Below, in pieces: positions 1-9,545 of a DNA stretch of 64,000 nucleotides. Origin of the DNA: Ylistrum balloti (Eukaryota); contig NW_026782161.1 in NCBI RefSeq assembly GCF_031769215.1, forward strand, positions 496,001-560,000, given 5' to 3'. A program made the translations under genes and the position numbers. Each line of letters starts with the position of its first letter. Positions within the stretch are counted from its first letter, which is position 1. The notes under the pieces were generated by a model. That model had not been told where the DNA came from. It saw only the letters and a program-made list of their open reading frames with translations, and searched no databases.

Positions 1-1401
1 AAAGGCTTTATGTTACACATGTGGGAATTAAGACTTTAAGCAAATGAAAGAAAAGCAATGTCACCCATTATTTTTGTCACGGATCGTATGGTTGTGTCAG
101 CAGAATTAAATTAGGCCATCCTAACAACCTCACTAATTGACTTACTTTTCTTCTCACATCGTGTTAACTTTAGAAAACATACAGATTACACGAGAAGATG
201 TGAAAGGGAGAACGGACAGAAATTGCTCGATATATCTTCATTAACTTAAGGAATTTTCCGTAACATAAAATTGCCAATAGGAGAGCATTTAAAAGTTAAG
301 GAAACTGCCTATAAATTATCTTAGCACGAAGCTAAGCGGTTCTTTATTCCTTCTTTCAATTCAAACCTGTCACTGAAACTAGGAAACAAACAACGAGTGT
401 TCTACGGCATTTAAAGTCACTCCTACAAGCATTTTTATTTAATGAAGTCACTCTCATCAGCATACAGATGTAGGAAACAACAAATCCCCTCATTCCACGT
501 AGACTTCAATGCTGATATATGATTAGGTTTTAATTAATTAAAATTTGATTTCAAACATTTGCTTTCAATTTTTTTTTATTTTTGATTTTTATTTGATTAA
601 ATCCTAAAGATTAAAACGTTAACTTACCCGTCTTTGAAATAGATTGATTCTCTACATTACAGGTAGTTGGTTTGAAATCTTTATTGACCAAAATATCCCA
701 TTTTAGTAGAATTAAAGAACAGAATAACAACCCTTGAACATCTTCTTACTTTGTTTTCAGTTAACCGTATCACACGGCCAATTAAACCTGTGGTATGTCA
801 CGTGTACCTGTTGAATTCGGGAGCCAATTCAAACCTCTATTCGTAATCGGTACCTTTCATAAAATCGGGAATTACTGTAATTAATTAGATATAATACAGT
901 ATAAACAAAAGAAACATCTTGCATTGTAAATACAAATGTTAACAAACACCAGTTTTATTTGAACCATGCTTTCTCGGGGATGAAATGATTGAATAAACAA
1001 ATCATACTGGTTTCATCTCAAATGGCTCAAATACATTTCATTTTTTTGTCAGAGTACGCAAAATTGCGCCAATAATACGTGATTTTTTCAACAGTAAGCC
1101 TTCCCCCGGATCCCCCTACCAGGCGCGGTTCTCTATGCGACCCTCGGCCGCTCACGATTGGGATATGTAAAATAAAAAAACAATAATTAATAAATCTATA
1201 CTAGTCTGGCTACGCCCATGGGGACAAGTTAGAACCAGAATAAAATAAAGATGATCTCTCCTTGTCAGTGAAGCTGGGGGGTGGAAAGTGTCTTATACCA
1301 CATTAATAGAAACTTACCTTGTGTGTGGGAAGCGCGCCTAATCCTTCCATATTCTTGAAACCAAGAGATACTATGGAGATTCCGTGGACAATAGAGATCT
1401 A

Positions 1402-1458
1402 TGACGTCATATCCATTGGATACATTGTTATTGTTGCGCAGTAAATGGAATGACGTCA
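1402..1458. promoter_or_regulatory. Two full CRE palindromes (TGACGTCA)
   Basis: TGACGTCA at 1402-1409 and 1451-1458, 150-200 bp upstream of the ATG at 1608. Confidence 0.45.
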
Positions 1459-1607
1459 TAATATGTATGACTTCGTTTCTAGATTGTTTGCTACAGTAAC
1501 AACCATCGGTGTTATTTGTAGAAAACCATTTCTATATAGACTGAACCCGGGTTGTACTCTAGTCAAACAACAAAAGCCAGGAAGTTTGGCATTGATGATC
1601 GGAGACA

Positions 1608-4395
1608 TTGCAATTTCCATCGGACATGAATGGAAACAAGCCTAATTGGTGTTTCATTGACGGGAAAGTACCAATCTTTATCGATAAATCCGAGGATGCA
1701 AAGTTTCCAATTTTAACAAACGGTCGAAGGTACAAGAAAGATTCAAGAGAATGGCTGCATAAAACAAGCAATAATCGGGGCAAAAACAGGAAGCGGACCG
1801 TCGATAGTAAATCAGACGCCTTGGAGGACCACAAATTAGAAGTAAATGTCGAAAGCCTATCCGACACCATGGAAATAGCAAAAAATACCGGTGGGTCGTC
1901 ATCAACACTTAACTTCTCGGGAAGAAATATAGATATGGGAAAGCAAAAAGAGCATGATATTCGTCTGTCACCTTTCCAGTGTTTTGGAAGAGGTGAAAAA
2001 AAATTCGGTGGGTCTTCATCACCAGTTGACTTCTTTGGAAAAAATACAGATGTGGGAAACCGAAAGGAGCATGCTATTCGTCTTTCACCTTTCCAGTGTT
2101 TTGGGAGAGATGAGGACAGGGAATTGGCTGTAAACCAGATCGCTATACGCAGCTGTATAGCCAGAGGCGAATCTTCGAGGCGTCTTCGCAAGAGAAGGTT
2201 GACTTGGTTGAAAGCAGAGAAAAATGACAGTTATTGCATAGAGGTAAATGGAGAAAACAACTTCCAGCCGGATCACGATCGTTTCCGACCGATACCAGAA
2301 GTAGCAGAATTAGAAGCAATCGAGTTCCTGGACCCTGTAGCGGGAAAATCACACGAAGATGTTAATGGCCATTCTTTAGAGATTTCCGCAAGTTTCTGGT
2401 TCGATACGGTAAGTCAGTAACCACGTATAGGATTTTCTTGCAAACTCCGGAGTCGAGAGAACAGCTTTGGTTGAAAACTAGATACGTAGCCTCTTCTATT
2501 ATATTCTACACCTTTCCCTCCTCCACAAAGTCTTAACCCTTTATAGACAACCATTTCGTCTTTTTTTTCTTAGTTGCCACATAGATTACATTTAGTGTGG
2601 TCAAAGCCATCAAGTCTGTTTTAGGAGTAACTAATTAGTCTGCCTTCTGGGGCTTAAACAAGCGACCTCTCTGCCCCTCTGTTACTGTTGCTTTACTTGT
2701 TGTACATCGTGTGTACAAATTCAAAGTGGTTAAAAATCCCAACGAATCCAACAAAGTGTCAGTAATCCCGCTAGGGTTCGCCGGGACGTTTATCGCTGAA
2801 TGGATTAATTGATTACATACAACATATCTTTCCCTACAAAATATTCTATCGACTCCACGGAGAGCTTAAAATATACTACTTATTCATATCACGGCTATCA
2901 AGACGTATCTAAGTCCGTGTTCCAATTAAATAAACAAGCGTACGGCAAGAAACCTCCACACGTTGAGGAACTCCGTTCATTTATTATACTGCATGCCCTG
3001 CTTAGAATGAAACGTGATAATTTGAACTTAACTGTATTTAAATGATGAAATTTCCAATAATTCGTGTATGAAGCCGTGAAACAGTTCAAAAGGATACGTG
3101 TGTGTGTATATAATCAGACGTTATCTAATTGCATCCGCTTTTAGGCAATGTCTGTTTCAACCTATTGTACCAAGAATTATGCTTAAAAATTAGCTATAAG
3201 TACAATATTGTGACTACATCGATGATGTGCAGATGTACAGCGCAGAAGGAAGGCGAGAATAAAAAGCATCTTTTTTTTACAAATAGGATGACAGCACCGA
3301 TGGTACTTGGTGGCGCGAGACAAAACCTTCGTCATCCGATTCTTCCCTGGAAGACTTTTGTCCCGGCCTCGACGAGAGCGCTTGTCCAATTGATCCCACC
3401 CTGATAAGGTCCCCTGTCCCAAGGAAACGGTAGGAACACCACACAAACTTCAGTTCACAGTTTCATTCACAGAGAACCATAATACACTGAACTGAAAATA
3501 ATCCTTAACTTCAATGAGAACAATGATAAAATAGATTGTATCTACGTAGTATTATTCAATATCTCGTTATAAACTATGTACTAATGTAAGTGTGTGCAGT
3601 AGCAGTGATGCACGGGGGAGAGGGGCGGTGTTATAGAGTTGGTAAAAATGTGTTTGTCTCCCCCTCCCCTTTCCTAAAATCTGGGATCCGCCGCTGAGCT
3701 ATCCCCGGTACTCCAGGGGTTACAGTAACTTTTCCTCTCTGCACCCCTGGGATATTTCATGGCATAATTCAAGGTTCCATTGGTGAGGCACCTTGTGGAC
3801 AAGACGAAAAGACTAGTTTGATCATTTGATGTACATCTATCGAATCTTAACGTCGCATAATGGTCGACTTTTTATTCTGAAGCAACAAAATTACCTCGTT
3901 TGGCCAGAGGCGCAGACAGTGAAAGTGATCGTAACCCCAGGAGAATCGAGGATGCCACTGAGCAAAGAGGATACGGCGGTGTGATAAACACTGTTGGTGA
4001 CCATCTCGTCTGGAACTCCTATTCGTAAATCTACCATTGCAGACTTTGCCTGGTTTTTCGAACGGTTTGCTGGAACCGCGATTTACGATTACATGTTTTA
4101 CGCCGGTAATAACAGTCTAATTGGATATTTTTCGTGATATTAAAGGACTTGTATGTGATATTTAAACCTTCCACTACAAGTGTCTAGATCGTCACTATTT
4201 CTTTCACGTTTGCTATTTTCAAGGGAAAATAAATGTCTTATCTTAAGTTGAAATTATTTATTCAGGGAGAAATTGACACTGTTGTCAGAGGAGATTGACC
4301 ACGAACGACAGGAAAAAACTGGTTCCCCAACAGAGGAGTTCGGCAGCCGTTCCTTAACAAGTCCCAAGGACGACCCACGGGTGGAACCAAGTTAA
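1608..4395 (+). CDS. Uncharacterised protein, 3-exon model (~357 aa), with an internal 39-aa tandem duplication
   Basis: Exon 1 1608-2408 (267 codons, strong donor ACG|GTAAGT). Exon 2 3287-3429 (acceptor ttttacaaatag, DDSTDGTWW...PVPRK, donor CG|GTAGGA). Exon 3 4266-4395 (acceptor ttattcag, EKLTLL...VEPS*). Phases join 0/2 without stops; AATAAA at 4502-4507. No recognisable domain; exons 2-3 are inferred from splice signals and frame only. Confidence 0.55.
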
Positions 4396-4620
4396 CATTT
4401 GTGATCCTGTTATCAGCTTTGTCTGAGCACGAAAGTTTTAACATTTGATAAGAATTATATTCAGTGTTAAATCCATACCTTGATTAGAATATTTCAATGT
4501 TAATAAATAAAGTGTTATTCAGAGTAAGGTTCTGTGTTTTGTCTCTGTTTATTATAGCAGAGCCGACTTCCAAAGGAACAATTTCCCTTATTTTTTCACA
4601 TCTTTTTCATCGCCTAGTCT

Positions 4621-5760
4621 TGCTACCATACCTTCTATCAAACAACAAAGACACTCTTCTACAATACCCTCTATCATCCAGCTAAGACACCTGTTACCAT
4701 ACCCTCTATCATCCAGCTAAGACACCTGTTACCATATCCTCTATCATCCAGCTAAGACACCCTGTAACATACCCTCTATCATCCAGCTAAGACACTCTAC
4801 TACCATATCCTCTATCATCCAGCTAAGACACCCTGCTACCATACCCTCTATCATACAGCTAAGACACCTGCTACCAAACCCTCTATCATCCAGCTAAGAC
4901 ACCTGTTACCATACCCTCTATCATTCAACTACGACACCTGCTACCAAACCCTCTATCATCCAGCTAAGACACCTGTTACCATACCCTCTATCATTCAACT
5001 AAGACACCTGTTACCATACCCTCTATCATCCAGCTTACACGCCTGTTAACATACCCTCCATCATCCAGCTAAGACACTCTACTACCATATCCTCTATCAT
5101 CCAGCTAAGACACCCTGCTACCATACCCTCTATCATCCAGCTAAGACACCCTGCTACCATACCCTCTATCATCCAGCTAAGACACTCTACTACCATATCC
5201 TCTATCATCTAGCTAAGACACCTGTTACTATACCCTCTATCATCCAGCTAAGACACCGTTACCATACCCTCTATCATTAAGCTAAGACACCCGTTACCTT
5301 ACCCTCTATCATCCAGCTAAGACTCTCTACTATCATACCCTCTATCATCCAGCTAAGACACTCTACTACCATATCCTCTATCATCCAGCTAAGACATATG
5401 TTACCATACCCTCTATCATCCAGCTAAGACACCTGTTACCATACCCTGTGTCATCCAGCTAAAACACCCTGTTACCATACCCTCTATCATCCAGCTAAGA
5501 CACCTGTTACCATACCCTCTATCATCCAGCTAAAACACTGTTACCATACCCTCTATCATCCAGCTAAGACACCTGCTACCATACCCTCTATCATCCAACT
5601 AAGACACCTGCTACCATACTCTCTATCATCTAGCTAAGACACCTGCTACCATACCATCTATCATCCAGCCAAGACACCTGCTACCTTATCCTCTATCATC
5701 CAGCTAAGACACCCTGCTATCATACCCTCTATTTTCCAACTGAGACACACCATGCCATCC
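4621..5760. repeat. Minisatellite, ~35-37-bp unit, ~30 copies
   Basis: Unit ccagctaagacacctgttaccataccctctatcat repeated head to tail with point variants. Confidence 0.95.
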
Positions 5761-6537
5761 AGTCATTCTTTTTCAATTATATCAAACATAATTGAATTCA
5801 GAAAACATTTGATTTAAAATCATACACAACCTATTCGATTGAGTGTTCAAAATTTCTAGAAAGTATCCCAATATTGATAAACCAAACAAGTTTCTTCATC
5901 AGTCAGCTTCAGTTTTTATTGGTTTACTAGATAAAATATTGCTAACACTAGTTGTACATTAAATTAAGCATTTGAGAAAATTATCGTAAATCTTTTTCCA
6001 AACAGATAAAATTTCATTTGACTTTCAGAACCTTAACATTTCATACAATAACCAAAGTATTATCTGACCTTACATCTTTACCACTATCAGATGACCTTGG
6101 CTGTTGCAGAGATGTTAAATATATATAAATGAAATACATACAATTTTGTAAATCTCAATTGTGGATCATTTGTCAGACAAAATTTGAGTCTTTCTATCAT
6201 AACCTTTCTTGTAGCTAAATATAATATCAACCTAGTAGGATGTTTCAGAATCTTTTTCATCAAATTTGGATCAAAGAACAAGTGATATCCTTCATTCAAA
6301 TAAAGTTAACTTGCATGTTAACGTTACAAAGCATTTACGCAAAACACGTCAGCAGGGTCAGCTGTTACAAAGGTGTCTAGAACTGATCCAGAATGGATTC
6401 AGGCACTGACAGTTATCTCAATAGTCAGAACACTTCACAGTATCCCAAACTTTTCAATTCATGTCTAAATGCACAGTGAATATAGACAAATTGTAAAAGT
6501 GATGAGTCAGCTTATACATGCCCAGTGTAGACGTCTT

Positions 6538-9311
6538 TTATTTTTTCCCTGTACCGTACAAGGCCATCTCGTCCCATGACTTAAAATTTGGTAATTGTTG
6601 GGCTTTTGATTCTTTAAGTTGCTTTTTCTCTTTTCTACTGAGATATCTTTTGGTAGAACTGTTGTTGGAGTGTGCTGTACTGACTTCCTCATTTCCACTG
6701 TTAAGATTTTCTATGTTGTCAGACCCAATATCTGTAAGTGAAGGGAGACCTGACTCAAAATCAGTATGTGCTGATGGTTGAGAGATTGATGAATTATCAT
6801 ATCCCAATCTTACTGAAGCATTTGCACCAGGTCTTAAATCCAACTGCCTTGATTTTGGCAAATCTTCAATTTGTGACTTTTGTGAAATGCCATGAAATGT
6901 CCTTGATGAATCACCATATTCTCTCCTTGGTAAGTCTCCATATTCAAGCTTTGGACCATCTTCTGATTTTAACCTCTGCGAGTTATCACCATCTGACGGT
7001 ACATTACCAACCACCGATCTTGATGACTCGTCAAACTTTGTCCGCGGCAAGAAATCTGATCTTGACCCTAGTGTAATTCCATTCCCTGATGAACCACATG
7101 ACTTTTTCAAATTTTTAAATTTTGAATATGTATCAAAATCATGTCTCTCTTTTTCTTGATTTCGTAGCTTGGGGGGTTCCAGCATTACTTTGTTTTCCTC
7201 TTCATCCTGCTGTTTCAAAGATTCAGATTCCAGCCGATTATACTTTGCTAGTATGCTAGTGAAAGGATTCACCCTCAACTGTTTTAATTGCTCCTCAAAA
7301 GAAAGCTCTTTGGGGTCATTTAAATAGGATGGTTCACTTGTTGGCATGGGAAAGCCTTTTAATCCCCCAGAGTTACTTAACAAGGACATTTTGTTACTGC
7401 CCATCAAAGATTTAAGAGTATTCTCCAAGCGTTCATTCCCTTCCACATCACCATGTTTTAAAGCTTCCAAGTTCTTCTGTACTCTTAAATCATGTCTATC
7501 TATTGCATCCTGTGACAGTCTAGGTCGTTTTGATCGTAGAATTTTGATAGCTGCAGGTCGACTGACAGGAAAACTTTCTACAATCCTGTCCAGGGTCCAT
7601 TCTTCAGGGAATTCTTTGTTTAGAAATCTCATCTGCTCCATTGCCTCCCATGTTAACATTGCTGCTTCTCTTACAGCTGGAAAACTCTTTTTCTGTATTA
7701 TTTTCTGCTTCAAAAATGCTCTTTCTTTTTTCGTCATACTGTAACATACCAAATAAAATCAAGATACTTTCAACAAATAAGCCTGAAATACCTACATACA
7801 TATACATCAAATGTTGACAGAAATTATAAGCCATGTACACTGTGTATGCCCTTTATGATCAATACAAAGAAAATCTACTTCATGATATTACATTGAGACT
7901 CAGGTGATTGAGATTTGAAAGTAGCAGCTGGCTGGCACTTTGATATTTTATAACAAACCATGTAGGCTGCGTATACTCTTCCTGATCGTTGTGAAGAAAA
8001 ATCTACTTGATGATATCACATTGAGACTCAGGTGATTGAGATTTGAATTGTAATACAAGAAGCCTAGCAGCATTGAAGGTCACCTGAGATAAGCAATATT
8101 AATTACAAAGGTTAGGGGGTAAGCAGCTTTCAATTGTCATGAAAAAGAAATTGTGGCATTGATGATAGTAAGCCAAGGTTAATACAAAGTTATTTCCAGT
8201 GGGAAATAAACAACAATATGCTCAAAAGTGTATTTTTTTTCTATAAAAATTATAACTAAAAACAAGAACCAACATGAATTAAGTGTAGAAAAGATCATCT
8301 GCTAGGTTCCAGAAGGATACCAAAGAGTATGTAGGACGCTCTTAAAAAGTGGATTAGAATCAAGGCCAGAAAAAGAGCAACAACTCCTGAGACCAGGTTT
8401 GAAAAATATGTGACTTTTATAGTAACGTTAAACTCCTCCCCAGGAAGAAATGTGAGACACATTTTGGTAATTAAAGCACCTTTTAGATGCTTTCATCCAA
8501 GAAAAGCATTTGATTCTACCATACAAGAGTGTTGAGATGATTTTTTTTCAAATTTAAGTCAATCTGATCGAAATTAAACAAATTATGTTCGAAAACCTGC
8601 TTTTCCTATATAAAATATTGTAGTTTTCATCCCACCTAACAGGGAAATTTGTGACCCTGAACCGATGAAATTCGTGATTTTGGTAAAACACCTTAAGACA
8701 CTTCCATAGATCTATGAAGAGCATTTGATACTACCATTTCTGGGTGTCTAGAAGATTTTTGAAATTCAACTCAGTTTGACCACTTTTTGGCCCCATCCAT
8801 CAACCCCTGGGTGTCAGCCAGGATCAATATGGGCATACCATCAAGCCCTCATCCTTTGCTCATAATTTTAACCAAGTCTGAAATATTTCCAATGGTAATT
8901 AAAACAAATTATGCTCAAAAATATTTTTCCTATGAAATAAAGTAAACATTACACCTTCAGAGCGGGGAAATGTTGAGACCCTGGGGCCATGAAATTCATA
9001 ATTTTGGTATAACACCTTAAAATGCTTCCATCCATGAAGGGCATTTGATCCTATCCCTTCTGGGTGTTAAGAAGATTAGGCACAATTTAAATCTGAGTCA
9101 ATTTGACGAGTATAAGAGTTACATCCCTTGAAAATGAATTTTAACATTATTATGTTTACCTGGCTATGTCAGCGCGACTTGGCAATACCGGTTCCTCGTC
9201 AAGAAATATGTCTTCGTCGTCAAACCATTCCTTTCTACGTCTGGTGGAAAAGTTTACAACGAAACGAGAAATTCGGCTACAGGACGTGAACAGATTCGGT
9301 CTCAACATCAT
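6538..9311 (-). CDS. NGRN: Neugrin (mitochondrial ribosome assembly factor), 2 coding exons, ~450 aa
   Basis: Exon 1 9311-9160 (MMLRPNLFTSCSRISRF..., an Arg/Ser-rich N-terminus resembling a mitochondrial targeting peptide; donor AG|GTAAAC). Exon 2 7738-6538 (acceptor tgttacag). Contains LTWEAMEQMRFLNKEFPEEWTLDRIVESFPVS, matching the neugrin core (human LTWEAMEQIRYLHEEFPESWSVPRLAEGFDVS). Confidence 0.88.
8054..9110 (+). mobile_element. Degenerate non-autonomous Helitron/Helentron-like element with internal subrepeats (NGRN intron)
   Basis: Starts acaagaagcctagcagcattgaaggtcacctgag, homologous to the start of the copies at 28911 and 30004. Three diverged internal blocks (~8440, ~8640, ~8965) share gaccctg...gaaattc...caccttaa...gcatttgat.ctacc. 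Confidence 0.55.
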
Positions 9312-9545
9312 GCCGAACGGACGGAAGACAAACTACTGTAACGAATACTTGTAGAACCAAAATTCCGGATTGGTAATCTTACTTTTTTCAACATATTAAA
9401 ACCAAAATGTCTAAGTCCAAATTTTAGCAATACTAGTATTTCATTATTAAATATTTACATAACAATACATAGTATTATTTGACTGAGGATATAAGTCTGA
9501 TCTTAGAGATTCCGGGATTTTACTCGAAATTTATATAGTACCAAA
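9312..9545. promoter_or_regulatory. Probable bidirectional promoter, NGRN/DCP2
   Basis: Divergent start codons at 9311 (-) and 9546 (+) are 234 bp apart; CCAAT box (ATTGG) near 9369. Confidence 0.6.

Noticed and set aside
1559-2191. 210-aa antisense ORF
   Set aside because: It shadows the + strand exon and inherits its duplication; there is no independent splice or start evidence.
2809-3045. 78-aa ORF inside intron 1 of the orphan gene
   Set aside because: No convincing acceptor/donor pair and no recognisable motif.
3880-4105. Extra coding exon(s) of the orphan gene
   Set aside because: The segment looks exon-like, but each long frame is interrupted by stops (e.g. TGA TAA near 3982) and no unique phase-consistent model could be chosen.
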